From Candidatus Bathyarchaeia archaeon (GTDB lineage Archaea > Thermoproteota > Bathyarchaeia > Bathyarchaeales > Bathycorpusculaceae): a DNA stretch of 64,000 nucleotides. The stretch covers positions 1 to 64,000 of the forward strand of contig JBEKTQ010000019.1 of the NCBI GenBank assembly GCA_049515895.1. The letters are read 5' to 3'. Position numbers and translations under genes: made by a program. Positions 49,536 to 60,919 of this stretch are shown in pieces (position 1 is the stretch's first letter; each line of letters opens with the position of its first letter). The notes under the pieces were generated by a model that saw nothing but the letters and a program-made list of their open reading frames with translations, ran no database searches and had not been told where the DNA came from.

Positions 49536-52217
49536 TTAGGGTTTTTTTCTGAGCATGAGCATTACTATTATAGCGCCGATTATGACTATGACAATGATTA
49601 TCGCTATGATTCCGTACATGAGTGTGGTCTGCGTGGCAACGCCGCTAAGTGGTGTTGCTGTTGGTGCTGGTGTTGCTGCTGGTGTGTTGGCGTAGAATCC
49701 TGTTGAAGCTGTGGATCCGTAGTATGATTGTGTGCCTGCGAAGGTAGCATACACGGTGTAGTTGCCAGATATGTCAGGTTTCCACGTAAATGAGTAGTCG
49801 CCTAAACCGTTCGTGGTTGTCGAGCCGATGGTCCGGTAGTTGCCGTTAGAATCTATTATCGAGAATGTCACTGGAACACCAGTTATGTCGTGTGGCATCG
49901 GCTGCTGCATGTAAGCGGATTCCATGAACGCTGTCATGCTTGCGTCGGAAACGCATGGCAAGCCATTGGGGAAGTTTGCTGCCACGGCCAGTTGCTGTGC
50001 ACCAGCAGAAATGTCAGTTACCATGCCGGATATTGTTATCGAAGTGGCAGTTGTCACGCCGACGCTGGGTGCCGAAACTGTTGTTTTGCTCGGCCCCATG
50101 CCAAAGGCGTATATCTGGTTATCATAGCCGTTTATCGTTGTCATGACGCCGTCTGAAATAACTGCAGGACTATCAACGAAAAAACCCAATACGTTCCATA
50201 TCGGTTGCCCATTAGTGATGTTCAAGCATATCTCTTGAGCTCCACGGAATAGTGGTGGACTGTACTCATGACCAATCGGGAAGTACAGCACCCCGTCAGC
50301 AATAGTCACAGGCTGCGCTTGGGTCCATATCGGCCATACACCATAGGGAGTGTCAGCTCCGGAAGATCCCAAGATTGCGGTCGTAGTTTGTTGCCAAATA
50401 ATAGCACCTGTCGCAATATTAAGAGCATAAATGTCTCCGCCCAGCCCGAAAAGATAAATTACACCGTTAGCGATGAATCCGTTTATCAGATCGGAATCAT
50501 AAACATTAGCGTTGGGAAGCAATGTTGTCCATAGTAGCGCACCTGTAGCATCACTGTAACCGTACATTGTGAACGTGTCCAAGTTGGGTACAACGTAGAC
50601 TCCATTTCCATCAAGTAACCAGGTATTTTGACCACTACCAGCGATTCTTGTGAACGGTGCATAGGTTCGGTTAGCTATCCACAGCTGTTGTCCCGTCGTT
50701 GCGCTGTAGCCTGCATCAATAGTGAACCCAGTTGTGAAGGCCGCGTTACCTATAGTCTCACTCACAGCATCCAATATTATTACACCGCTATTAACAGCAT
50801 AAAAGCCGAGAGGTAGAGGTAGAGCATTGCCAGAAAAGTTAGCAGCTACCGGCATTGACCACATTATTCCATTTTTAAAAGGAATTTGGGCATTTTGCGT
50901 AGGTCTCCACTCCCAAGCGGGGATACCGTTGGTTCCAACAATAATGCATTGACTCGAGTTCCAACACTCAAGTTGGGGTGTACTAGCAGTAGTAGTGACC
51001 TTTACGCCGTTGATTATTTGTGTGCCAACAGTAGAATTAATGAAATAGCCTATTAAGTCTCCACCAGCGTCTTCTGTAAGCGCCGAGGGCGACGTGCCGT
51101 TAACAACACTGAGTATGTAGCTTCCAGTCGCAGCGTCATACATGTTCAATGTAGTTGTCCCGGGTTGTGTGACGATTCCAGCGGGGGTTCCGACTGTCCA
51201 TAAGTATGCGAAGGTGCCGAACTGGTTGGGTGAAATGTAATTAAGTATTTGACCACATCTTAGAATCAATTGAGTACCACTCGATGTTACTGGGGTATTA
51301 TCAGTCCATAGTGTTTGTCCTGTCTGTAAGTTTACTGCAGTGAAGCCTGTAGGATTTGTTGAACTTCCTGGATACACCTCGTAGTAGAGGACCCCATTGA
51401 GGATTACTGGTGCGAACATTCTCTCGTATTGCCTCGTTGAGTAGTAGTTACCTGTTTCGCTACCACCGATTTCTCCTCCGGCTGTGCCTCCGAATCCCTC
51501 TGGTTTTGTCCACAGGATGTGAGCGGTCATTGGCGCTGTAGTCCACGCATTATAATTTGAGCTGTCGTTGTACCATCCGTAGCCGCCAGTGCCGCCGATA
51601 GAACCGCCGAACCCAAGCCAGTTTCCGCCGATCGAGTACCAGTTATTGTTCTCAGCGTTAATCGGGCGCGTCCAGAAGCTTGTTGGAAGTGGATTTGCCG
51701 GAATAGATGGGGTTGGCGTCTCTTGCGCTATAAGCGTCGCTACGTTGCTAGTGGAAGGTTCAAAATAATCGCCAACAAACGATGTTGCTAAAGCGCTTTG
51801 GCCCGGAACGGGATTGTTGCCTGCCAATGTTTGTCCTGGAAAGCTCATCTGGAAAGTGTAGTTGCCGAGTTGAGTGGGCGTGTACAGAGTAGTTGTTCCT
51901 CCTGTGTCGTCGGTTATAAATGGTCCCAGTGTCTCAATGGTTCCGTCAGGCTTTGTAACTTTCACTTTCATATTTCCCCATCTATCGCCATACGGACCAC
52001 TTGCTGTTGCTGGTGGTTGCATGAGCCAAAAGTTAACAGTAACTGATTGGCCAATGCCTGCAGGGTTAGGTGCAACATTAATGAAAGAGATGGTTGGAAT
52101 GTTCCACGGTGGCGAATGTGCGCTAGTAGTTGGTACTAGTGTCAATGAAGCTGTCATTGAAAGTATAAAGAATACAGAAATCGTAATGGCTGCAATCTTG
52201 TTTTTTAGCGTTTTCAT
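49536..52217 (-). CDS. PQQ-like beta-propeller surface protein, paralog 2 (leader A, body Y)
   Basis: Same architecture; GDRW, HEYSPPLF.GAQ, FPNGLPCVSDASM, TM anchor. Confidence 0.9.
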   Translation of the reverse strand: MKTLKNKIAAITISVFFILSMTASLTLVPTTSAHSPPWNIPTISFINVAPNPAGIGQSVTVNFWLMQPPATASGPYGDRWGNMKVKVTKPDGTIETLGPFITDDTGGTTTLYTPTQLGNYTFQMSFPGQTLAGNNPVPGQSALATSFVGDYFEPSTSNVATLIAQETPTPSIPANPLPTSFWTRPINAENNNWYSIGGNWLGFGGSIGGTGGYGWYNDSSNYNAWTTAPMTAHILWTKPEGFGGTAGGEIGGSETGNYYSTRQYERMFAPVILNGVLYYEVYPGSSTNPTGFTAVNLQTGQTLWTDNTPVTSSGTQLILRCGQILNYISPNQFGTFAYLWTVGTPAGIVTQPGTTTLNMYDAATGSYILSVVNGTSPSALTEDAGGDLIGYFINSTVGTQIINGVKVTTTASTPQLECWNSSQCIIVGTNGIPAWEWRPTQNAQIPFKNGIMWSMPVAANFSGNALPLPLGFYAVNSGVIILDAVSETIGNAAFTTGFTIDAGYSATTGQQLWIANRTYAPFTRIAGSGQNTWLLDGNGVYVVPNLDTFTMYGYSDATGALLWTTLLPNANVYDSDLINGFIANGVIYLFGLGGDIYALNIATGAIIWQQTTTAILGSSGADTPYGVWPIWTQAQPVTIADGVLYFPIGHEYSPPLFRGAQEICLNITNGQPIWNVLGFFVDSPAVISDGVMTTINGYDNQIYAFGMGPSKTTVSAPSVGVTTATSITISGMVTDISAGAQQLAVAANFPNGLPCVSDASMTAFMESAYMQQPMPHDITGVPVTFSIIDSNGNYRTIGSTTTNGLGDYSFTWKPDISGNYTVYATFAGTQSYYGSTASTGFYANTPAATPAPTATPLSGVATQTTLMYGIIAIIIVIVIIGAIIVMLMLRKKP

Positions 52218-52250
52218 TTTTCTTTTTTCTCCATTTTTCTGTTTTTTTTG

Positions 52251-52330
52251 GTTAGGAAGAAGTAGCTTCGATAATGCGCCTAGAATCAGAATGAGTGTAG
52301 ACAGAATTGAGGAAAACTACCTTTCCTAAC
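52251..52330 (-). promoter_or_regulatory. Putative structured 5' leader (type A) of propeller paralog 2
   Basis: GTTAGGAAAGGTAGTTTT pairs with GAAGCTACTTCTTCCTAAC. Confidence 0.55.
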
Positions 52331-52818
52331 TGCTTTAAAATTATCCTTTTTCGGGCTAAAATAGTTTGCGCCGCGCTAATCCTGCCCTGCAGACTAGCGT
52401 TTGGATATGTAGTTTGAGCACCCATTGTTCTTTATTCTAACCATTTTCTCCCCGTTGCAACGAACAGAAAAAAATGATGCTCTTCTCCTTCTTGCAAGCA
52501 CTCGCTGTATTGAATTGGCCAGGAGCGCGATTATTTTTACCAAAACCCGGCTCACTATCTTATACTGTCAGCCAGCGGGCACGTAAGAGACTAAAAGAAA
52601 AACTGGATATCACGGAAGCAATTAGTTTGAATAACGTGGGTTTGCTGAGGCTCTGGAAAATTTAGGAAGAAATTTCTTTAAGAGAAAAAGAAAAATGCAA
52701 ACTCTTCAACTGCAGCCATTTCGAATTTAACCCGAGCCTTTCAGACATTTCTCTATTTCTGTCTTCATTTCTTTTAGAGACTAAAAAAAGGGAAAGGGAA
52801 TTTTTTGTTATGATGTGT

Positions 52819-55491
52819 TTATGGGTGTTTTCTTGTGACGAGGAGTGCGAGTACTGCGCCGATGATGACGATGACGATGATGATTGCTATGATTCCGTAT
52901 TCGACGGTTGTATTTGAAGCTAAACCGGTGACTGGTGTTGCTGTTGGGGCGGCTGTCGGTGCTGGTGATTGGGCTACAAAAGAGGTTTCAGCGCTTGATG
53001 GCCAGTAGCCGTTGGTGCCTGCAAATGTCGCGAAGACTGTATAGTTGCCAGGAATGGTTGGTGTATAGCTTAGAGTGTACATGCCGCTTGCGTCAGTTGT
53101 TGCTGTGCCAATTGGGTAGTGGTTTCCGTTAGAGTCCAAAACGGCTATTTGCACTTGAACGCCTGTGAAGTTGGTTGGTTCTGGCTGCTGCTGGTAGACG
53201 TAGCTCATCCACTGGCTTATGCTAGCATCAGAAGCGCATGGGACGCCGTTCGGGAAGTTAGCTGCCTGTTGAGTCTGCTTTGTTCCTGCGGCGATGTCCG
53301 TCACTGTGCCTCTAATCACTATGGAGCTGCCGAAGGCTTGAGCGTATGCAGTGGTTTGGCTTGGTCCTCTGCCAACAGCGTATATTTGGTTATCGTAGCC
53401 GTTGAAGAATGTTGTATAACCATCAGCGATTGCGCCTGTGCCAGGTGGTCCTGATTCGGTTGTGACGGCTGAGAGGGTCCATATTTCCTTTCCGTCTGTG
53501 GCGTTAATAGCGCGTACCAGTGCTCCTCTGTAAATCGGTGTTTCAACTGTGTGTTCAGTTGTGGTGGTGTATATTATGCCATTGCCAATAGCGTATATCG
53601 AAGTTGGATACGGCCCGGGTACCTCGAAGCCGCTGCTTGTACTGTTGCCTTCGCCGCCGTTACCGTAGGTCCACAGTAAGTTTCCGTTATTCAAATCATA
53701 GCAGTAAATTATTCCGCCGAATCCACCACTGTAGAGTTTGCCATCAGCGAGGATAGTTCCTTCTTCGTTTCCACCAGCGTTGTATCCGAAATTATAGTAG
53801 TCAAGGGCTGTTTGAGGTGGGGTTGGACCCCAAAGTTTCTCACCTGTCTTCATGCTGTATCCAACGAACTGGTTAGTTTCCTTGTATTGTTCAACCAAGA
53901 CTCCTGCTGAAGAATCTGCGCCTCCCCACTCGAGAGTAATGTTGCCTGCTGGCGCATTGTATGTTTTTGTCCACATAATCGAGCCGACCGTCCCTTTAGT
54001 TGCGTCTAAGTTAACGCCGAAGTATGAGTACGGAGCCCAACTTCCTCCACCGAATATACTGGAACCAGCGGGATAAGAGCCTATCATGCCAATCAATTCG
54101 TTATTGCAGAACGCTTCGAGTATAGAAGGTGTTCCCGGTTGAGAGCTGAGCGAAGGCATTGAAATGTTCCAGTCTAACAAGCTTGGGTTGCTGCCATCTG
54201 TAATAGGAGGCACAACGGGCGGAGATGTTGACGCGCCTGAGTACGTATTATCCCAAAGTCTAGAGGAATTCCATTCTTGCAAATAATATTTTCCAGGCCC
54301 TGAAGGAACAGGACCAAAAGGAGTCATGATTGTTGGACCATAGTTTGCCAATGATAGTATCAGGTACTCGCCGTTCACACCAATGGCTGAGGTGCCTGAG
54401 GGAACGTTAGTTACGTTAAATATCGGATCTCCCGTGTCTGCATCAAAAGCTCTCCATTCAGAATTAGCTGAATATCCTATGAAGGGCGGAGGGGAAACAG
54501 AAATTAGGATTGGCGGATAAACACCGTGTTGGTTAGGGTCTTGGACGTCATATATGTAGCCGAAAGATAATGCAGGGACATCAGTACGAGACCAAATAAG
54601 CTGCCCAGTTTGAAGGTTAACGCAGTCGGTAGGCCCACTTGAAGCGCCTCCGAATGAGATTGGTTCAGTGTAATAGAGTTTCCCATCAATTATTATCGGA
54701 TTAGTGAATCTTTCATTGTATGCCGAGCCCTCGAAGTATGTATCTCCCGAAATAGCAAAACTGTTTCCTCCAACGACTCCGCCACTTTGAAGCGGCTTAG
54801 TCCACATTACGTGAGCAGTTTGGGGACCTACTGCATCGCCTGGGAACTCGCTACCATAGCCTTGATTGGTTCCCCAAGGACTTCCAAGCCAGTTTGACGA
54901 AACTGTGTACCAATACGGGTTTTCACCGTATATTGGGCGCGTCCAGTAACTTGTAGGAAGCGGAGTAACTGGGTAAGTCGCGATGGGTGCTGATTGAACA
55001 GTCAGTGTAGTTGATGCTGTGCTGGCCATGTAAGTGTCGCCTACATATTGGCTTGGTGCTGGAGGACCAAAGAAGCCTGGAATGAGTCCGGTGTATGTGT
55101 ATGTGTAACCTGGAAATGTGAAGTTGAGGGTGTATGTACCGACTTGGCTGGGAGTGAAGGAATAGGCTTGATTTGATGTTGTGTCGTGGACAATTGGAAA
55201 TGTCTGTTTTATGGTTGAGCCATCAGGTGCGGTAATGGTGAGTTGGTAGTTTTGGAATCGAATGTTATTGCCTAGTTGTGCGCCATCGGGTATTTGGTTA
55301 ACCCACATGTAAACGGTTGCTAATTGACCGATGCCTACGGGGTTAGGCACTGCTTGTATAAAAGCAAACGTTGGAATTTGCCATGCAGGTGTATGCGCGC
55401 TTGCACTTGGTATTATTGCGACCGAACTAATCATTGAAAGTACAAAGAATGTAACAATCGTAATAGCTGCAATTTTGCTTAAGATTTTCAT
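52819..55491 (-). CDS. PQQ-like beta-propeller surface protein, paralog 3 (leader B, body X)
   Basis: HDTTSNQ, EGSAY..RFTNPII.DG, FPNGVPCASDAS, TM anchor. Confidence 0.9.
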   Translation of the reverse strand: MKILSKIAAITIVTFFVLSMISSVAIIPSASAHTPAWQIPTFAFIQAVPNPVGIGQLATVYMWVNQIPDGAQLGNNIRFQNYQLTITAPDGSTIKQTFPIVHDTTSNQAYSFTPSQVGTYTLNFTFPGYTYTYTGLIPGFFGPPAPSQYVGDTYMASTASTTLTVQSAPIATYPVTPLPTSYWTRPIYGENPYWYTVSSNWLGSPWGTNQGYGSEFPGDAVGPQTAHVMWTKPLQSGGVVGGNSFAISGDTYFEGSAYNERFTNPIIIDGKLYYTEPISFGGASSGPTDCVNLQTGQLIWSRTDVPALSFGYIYDVQDPNQHGVYPPILISVSPPPFIGYSANSEWRAFDADTGDPIFNVTNVPSGTSAIGVNGEYLILSLANYGPTIMTPFGPVPSGPGKYYLQEWNSSRLWDNTYSGASTSPPVVPPITDGSNPSLLDWNISMPSLSSQPGTPSILEAFCNNELIGMIGSYPAGSSIFGGGSWAPYSYFGVNLDATKGTVGSIMWTKTYNAPAGNITLEWGGADSSAGVLVEQYKETNQFVGYSMKTGEKLWGPTPPQTALDYYNFGYNAGGNEEGTILADGKLYSGGFGGIIYCYDLNNGNLLWTYGNGGEGNSTSSGFEVPGPYPTSIYAIGNGIIYTTTTEHTVETPIYRGALVRAINATDGKEIWTLSAVTTESGPPGTGAIADGYTTFFNGYDNQIYAVGRGPSQTTAYAQAFGSSIVIRGTVTDIAAGTKQTQQAANFPNGVPCASDASISQWMSYVYQQQPEPTNFTGVQVQIAVLDSNGNHYPIGTATTDASGMYTLSYTPTIPGNYTVFATFAGTNGYWPSSAETSFVAQSPAPTAAPTATPVTGLASNTTVEYGIIAIIIVIVIIGAVLALLVTRKHP

Positions 55492-55767
55492 TTTGTTTTT
55501 TCTTCCTTTATTTTGTTTTTTTGGGTTGAAGAAGCATAGAAAATGCTTCTTTCCCTACTTTGGGGTTTGTTCTCTTTGGACTTATATAACTTGCGTGTTA
55601 GCGGTTTTACGTCCAGTTGCATCTTTTGGGAAATCTTTGTAAATAGTTAAAACCATTCTGTGTGTCTTCCAAATCCAATCTACTTTACTTTGAAAGCAGC
55701 GAGCATGCAGTTTTTTGTTTGGATATGTCTCTAACTTCTGTCCAAATTCATGTAAACAATGAATTCT
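55431..55767. repeat. About 335-bp near-identical repeat (signal-peptide start, leader and promoter) shared with 63532-63866
   Basis: Direct comparison; first 20 codons identical. Confidence 0.95.
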
Positions 55768-55837
55768 ATTGACGGTCAATAGCTCTAACCATTTAATGTT
55801 CCCTGGAAAAGTAAGATAAAACGTGCCTTTGCATGAA

Positions 55838-56377
55838 CTATTTTTTTATCCTGTTGACAATCCGCATTGTTTCTCGCATGAATGCTGGCAAGTCCCCTGG
55901 ATAGCGTGAAGTGACAAGGTTGCCATCAACAACTACTTCTTTGTCCTCGTATATGCCGCCTGCTTTCTTTATGTCCTCCGGAACGCCATCATACCAGTAG
56001 GAAGTCAAGCGTCTTCCTTTTACAAGGCCTGAGGAAGCTAAGAGCCAAGGACCATGACAGATAGAGGAAACTGGTTTATTGGCGCTGAAAAATGATTTTG
56101 CAATAGCTTGAGCCTTGCTGTCCTTTCTAACCACTGAAGGTGCTCCATCTGGCGACCCGCCGGGAATCAACAACATGTCATAATCTTCTGGATTGACGCT
56201 CTCAAAGGTCTTAACGACTTCCATATCGTAACCGTGTTCGCCTTGAATGTGACCCTTTTTGGGTGCAGCAATATCAACCTCCAACCCTTCTTCAAGTAAA
56301 CGGAAATATGGAAAGAACAACTCCATGTCCTCAAACTTGTCGGCAGTGAGAATAAGTGCTTTGATACTTTTTGGCAT
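55838..56377 (-). CDS. pfpI: PfpI/DJ-1 family type 1 glutamine amidotransferase-like protein
   Basis: DKFEDME, DYDMLLIPGG, SICHGPW nucleophile elbow, VVVDGNLVTSRYP.DLPAF. Confidence 0.9.
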   Translation of the reverse strand: MPKSIKALILTADKFEDMELFFPYFRLLEEGLEVDIAAPKKGHIQGEHGYDMEVVKTFESVNPEDYDMLLIPGGSPDGAPSVVRKDSKAQAIAKSFFSANKPVSSICHGPWLLASSGLVKGRRLTSYWYDGVPEDIKKAGGIYEDKEVVVDGNLVTSRYPGDLPAFMRETMRIVNRIKK

Positions 56378-56962
56378 ACATGTTTGTTGCACATTTAAGA
56401 TATATTAAATTTCTCTTTCATTTGCGAGCAACAAATACAAAACTTCTTATGCCTACGCATTTTGTGGCTTAATTGGAATCATTGCCACGTTCCGATTGCA
56501 AACTCGGACCGCGCGCGCTTTCAGTCCCCACTTTTAGTTTTGGAAGTGAAGTTGAGCCGCTTATGGCGGCTAAATCTTGACTAAGATGCCTGTTGTATTG
56601 GAGAGAGAAATAGCGGTTTGTTATTCGCATGCAACTTGTTTGAGGGGGCTGTTGTTTGCGTGCGATTTGTGTGAGTCTGATAGCCTTGGTCAGTTAAGCC
56701 TCTGCCAGCGGCTTCTTCTCTCACTTCAATTTGCATGTTTTCTGTTTCATGGTTTAAAACTTGCGGTAACAGATTTCAGATGATTCACTACGGCATGTTG
56801 AATGCATGAAATCTTCAATTTGTGAAGGAAAAGCAACTGTGAATGCATCGATAGCATAAATGATTTAAGCTAAGAACAACAAGCGCGTGCTTACGTGTGC
56901 GTGAGAATCGGCTAAGAATTGCTTAGGCTCGCCTGTAAATTTGACGGCGAATTGTCTTTCTT

Positions 56963-58090
56963 TTAGGTACTCCTCAGGTTTTCTATTACAACTTTTTTGT
57001 CAAAGTCTTGGAAGAAAATGTAATCAAGAACCGTGCCTTTTGCTTCTTTAATTTTCATAACTTCCACTAATTCGCTGTATTTACCGCCAGCAATTCCGTT
57101 GGCTACTAGAGTTGTGCCGTGAGCTACATCCTTCGCCTCCTTGGCGAAAACATGAAGTGGTCGACGCACAGAAATACTGAACTTCTCGCTTAAAATTTTC
57201 TCCAAGTCTCTACGAAGTCTTTCCACACGGGATAACCTCCCAGTAACTATGATTTCTCTCGGTTGTTTCTTGAAAGATGTACTTAGTATAGCAATGGCTT
57301 TGATGATTCCTTCAGTCATGCTTTGCCAAGCCAGTTGGTATCCATCTTTGCATAAATTTGCAGCAAAGTCTTCGACTTCTAGTATTTTGTGTGCTGCAAT
57401 GAACGAAGCTCCTGCTTCGAAAAGTTTTAGCTTGCTGAACTTGCCTAGAAGGTATGCTAGTTCTCCATCCATTTGGCTTAGAGTAAGATAGCCCGGACCA
57501 GGAAAAATAGTGCCCCCTACTGCGTCGATGATTTGTCCATTCTCCACAGCCATCGCTGCGTTATAGCCGAATCCCATTTCAACGCAGATTAAACTTGTTT
57601 CATCATAGCTAATCCCGTATTCTTTGGCTTGGTCCCAGATGGCGAAGGCTGCAACGCATGTTTTGTCAGCTGTTCCCATGTCTATCTTGTTTACTTTTCT
57701 ATGCAAGGGTATGGTTGGCAAAAGAACAACTCCAGGCGCAGAATAAGCGTTTAAACCAGCCTCTTTCATCATCCATAACAGCTTTCTTAAACCTGAAAGA
57801 ACTGGAATATCGACGTCGCCAACCTTGTCAAGAGTTGTTAAAGCCACATCCTCTTTTGTGAACTGGGATATGTGCTTAAATTCAAGCCCGTACCCTGATG
57901 GACCTACAATAACATCGGCTTCAGCATTCTTAATCATTTCAAAAACTTGCGACGGCTTACTGGCAACAACCTCACTTGGAATGGACTCGTCGAGAACCAC
58001 GTTGTCTACATCGTCCTCTATACAGAGGATGTCATAGTTTTTTGTACCTGGGTCTATACCTAAAGCCCTCAATGTTAGGCACCTTAGCAC
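56963..58090 (-). CDS. DUF1464 family protein, second paralog (start probably the TTG a few codons in)
   Basis: GIDPGTK, GPSGYG, HRKVNKIDMGTADK, EMGFGY, TGRLS. Confidence 0.8.
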   Translation of the reverse strand: MLRCLTLRALGIDPGTKNYDILCIEDDVDNVVLDESIPSEVVASKPSQVFEMIKNAEADVIVGPSGYGLEFKHISQFTKEDVALTTLDKVGDVDIPVLSGLRKLLWMMKEAGLNAYSAPGVVLLPTIPLHRKVNKIDMGTADKTCVAAFAIWDQAKEYGISYDETSLICVEMGFGYNAAMAVENGQIIDAVGGTIFPGPGYLTLSQMDGELAYLLGKFSKLKLFEAGASFIAAHKILEVEDFAANLCKDGYQLAWQSMTEGIIKAIAILSTSFKKQPREIIVTGRLSRVERLRRDLEKILSEKFSISVRRPLHVFAKEAKDVAHGTTLVANGIAGGKYSELVEVMKIKEAKGTVLDYIFFQDFDKKVVIENLRST

Positions 58091-58329
58091 ATAAAAACCA
58101 AAGGAAAGTAATTAAAATTTTCCAGCGTGCACACTTCTCCTTAAAGTTACATCCTGTTTTTCATGTACAACCTCAAAGGTTACTAACAGTGAGTGACTGC
58201 TTGAGTGAGTGACTGACCACACGCGCGGGCGGGCTTAGGCGTATGGGCGTATTCGTTTGGCGCGCGCACACAAAAACGAAAACATAAAATCGTCTATGTC
58301 TATAGAGTCTTAGGATGTGGTGAGAAGGC

Positions 58330-58557
58330 ATGAAACTCCATTGTGTGAAATGTGGTCACCTGCTACCAAAAGATGAGGGCGCAGAATCCTTGCTGCCGTT
58401 TGAAGTTTACCGGTGTCGGAATTGCGGGGACGGTTTGCTTTTTGATATGGCTACAAAAGAGGCTTATCTGATTCCTAAAAGCCTAGGGCTGTTCAAGATG
58501 ACACTTGAAAAAGTCAAAAAAGCAATCAACCAAATTCCGTATGATGAAGATTATTAA
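58330..58557 (+). CDS. Small zinc-finger protein
   Basis: CVKCG...CRNCG; GGTGA RBS. Confidence 0.75.
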   Translation: MKLHCVKCGHLLPKDEGAESLLPFEVYRCRNCGDGLLFDMATKEAYLIPKSLGLFKMTLEKVKKAINQIPYDEDY

Positions 58558-58717
58558 ACTTCTATCGTGCGTTGCGCGCGCTCTCTAAGTCTTTTATTGA
58601 AACCGTATTCCATAATATTTTGAATATTTGAATATCATATTCCATATCATTCTAATATTGGAACACAATTAATTGCAAATTGTGTGAGCGCCCAGATACT
58701 GTCTGGGGGAGCATAAA

Positions 58718-60778
58718 ATGAAAGGAATTCTGGCTCTGAGAAATGTCTTGACGCTTCTTCTCGCAGCCATTATTTTCGCTGCTTGTGTTGCTCCAGCGAT
58801 GCCTATATTGAGAGGAGCAGTAGGGGTTACCTTTACAGCAACGGAGCTCTTGGGTCGCCCCACCGACACCTCGATAACGGTAAACGTGGTCCCAAGCGCC
58901 AACGGCCAGATCTACTTCGAATACGGCACCGCAGCCGGCGTTTATAACTCTGAAACAAATCCGGCCACTCTCGTTAGCGGGACGCCAACCAACATTGTGA
59001 TAAATGGGCTCACTCCAAATACGCGATATTACTATCGTATGGTTACAAGCTCAGACGGCGTTAACTGGATACCAGAGTCAAGTGAGCATTCTTTCCAAAC
59101 CCAAAGGTCCGAGGGCAGCACTTTCACGTTCACTATAACGTCCGACTCACACGTTAACATTCAGCTAGGTAGCGCTACAACTTGGCAACAAACAATGACC
59201 AATGTAGCCAATGACCACCCTGACTTCGAAATCGACTGCGGCGACACCTTCGCTATGGACGGCGTTACCACTGTAGCAGGAGCCGAACAGGCATACCTCT
59301 ATCAACGTCAGTTTTTCGACACTGTCGGCAGCTCAGCTCCCGTATTCCTAGTAGTGGGGAACCACGAGCAGCAGGAAGCCTGGCACCTGGGCGATACACC
59401 CAGTCCCGCCAATAGCCCACCTGTCGTAGGAGTTAACGCCGAGAAGAAATACTACCTAAATCCCGTCCCAGACAGTTTTTACACTGGCAACACAGACCCG
59501 TACCCATACATTTCAGGCGATCACCTCCGTGAAGACTATTACGCCTGGTCATGGGGCGACGCACTCTTTGTTGTCATCGACCCATACTGGTACACAACCA
59601 CAAAACCTTACATTGGAAACATAGGTGGAGGAGAAACAAGCACCACAGGCTCAGGAAACAGATGGGACTGGACCCTTGGGCTTCAACAGTTCGACTGGCT
59701 CAAACAGACGCTTCAAAACAGCAAAGCAACTTACAAGTTCATTTTTGCACACCACATGACTGGCGGCGCCTCAGACTACGGAGGACGCGGCGGTGCAGTA
59801 CCCGCAAACCTCGTCGAATGGGGTGGATACAACGTAGACGGCACCACATGGGGTTGGAACACAAACCGCCCCATAGCTCAATGGGGAAGCGAACCAATCG
59901 AGCAAATCATGATGGACAACCACGTTACCGCATTCTTCCACGGTCACGACCACGAATACGCCTACGAAATCCGCGACGGTATCGTCTACCAGTCGCTACC
60001 CGCTGCTGGCTTCTCCGGATATGGATTCAACAGCTACGCCGTAGGCACCTACACTCTGAAAGTGCTGCCCAGCCCTGGGCATCTACGTGTAACAGTCTCA
60101 CCCGCCCAAGTGACCGTCGACTATATCACCAGCGCCCCGGGCCAGGGCACTAACGACCAAGTCGCTTATAGCTACACGATCGCGGCTAACAGTGGCGGCA
60201 ACCCAACACCAACTCCAACACCAACAGCAACACCAACAACTGCTCCGACTCCAACGCCTACACCTACGCCCACACCAACCCCAACGCCAACCCCAAAAAC
60301 CACAGCATCCCCAACTCCAACCCCCACGCCCACCCCAATGCCAACACCAACGCCTACTCCTACACCAACAGCTTCGCCAACAAATTTAGCGCTAAACAAA
60401 CCAGCAACAGCTGACAGCAGCCAGACCAGCGTAGGAAACACCGCAAACAAGGGCAATGACGGAAGCAAAACCACACGATGGAGCGCAAACGATGGCAAAT
60501 TAAGCCACTGGTGGAAAGTTGACCTAGGCGCGGTCCACACGATAACCAGCACACAGGTCATGTTCCAGTATGCAAGAAACTACCGTTACAAAATTGAGGT
60601 CTCAACAGATAACACCAATTGGGCAGTCGTCGTCGACCAGACAAAAACAACCAGCACAGCACAAACGAGGACAGACAGCTTCACCGCAACATCCGCGAGG
60701 TATGTAAGGATCACTTATACGTATCTTCCAATGTATTGCTGGGCCTCGCACTACGAATTCCAAGTCTACGGAAGCTAA
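58718..60778 (+). CDS. Secreted metallophosphoesterase (FN3 and calcineurin-like, purple-acid-phosphatase-like) with PT linker and F5/8 type C (CBM32) domain
   Basis: SDSH, GD, GNHE, AHH, GHDH metal motifs; [12 protein letters not shown]...NDG..TTRWS...WW.VDLG. Confidence 0.92.
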   Translation: MKGILALRNVLTLLLAAIIFAACVAPAMPILRGAVGVTFTATELLGRPTDTSITVNVVPSANGQIYFEYGTAAGVYNSETNPATLVSGTPTNIVINGLTPNTRYYYRMVTSSDGVNWIPESSEHSFQTQRSEGSTFTFTITSDSHVNIQLGSATTWQQTMTNVANDHPDFEIDCGDTFAMDGVTTVAGAEQAYLYQRQFFDTVGSSAPVFLVVGNHEQQEAWHLGDTPSPANSPPVVGVNAEKKYYLNPVPDSFYTGNTDPYPYISGDHLREDYYAWSWGDALFVVIDPYWYTTTKPYIGNIGGGETSTTGSGNRWDWTLGLQQFDWLKQTLQNSKATYKFIFAHHMTGGASDYGGRGGAVPANLVEWGGYNVDGTTWGWNTNRPIAQWGSEPIEQIMMDNHVTAFFHGHDHEYAYEIRDGIVYQSLPAAGFSGYGFNSYAVGTYTLKVLPSPGHLRVTVSPAQVTVDYITSAPGQGTNDQVAYSYTIAANSGGNPTPTPTPTATPTTAPTPTPTPTPTPTPTPTPKTTASPTPTPTPTPMPTPTPTPTPTASPTNLALNKPATADSSQTSVGNTANKGNDGSKTTRWSANDGKLSHWWKVDLGAVHTITSTQVMFQYARNYRYKIEVSTDNTNWAVVVDQTKTTSTAQTRTDSFTATSARYVRITYTYLPMYCWASHYEFQVYGS

Positions 60779-60919
60779 GCACGCGCTAGCAGCGGAGCCG
60801 TCATCATGATTACCCCCACTATGTTGACTCCGCCGTGTTTTAAGCGCCCGCTCATCTACATTATTTGAAGGTACTCAAAAAGAAAAGGGAAAGTGGTTTT
60901 TTGTTTTTGTTTCTTTCGT

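Noticed and set aside
49536-49990. Diversity-generating retroelement acting on propeller C-termini
   Set aside because: No reverse transcriptase in the window, both similar regions are coding, and differences do not look adenine-specific
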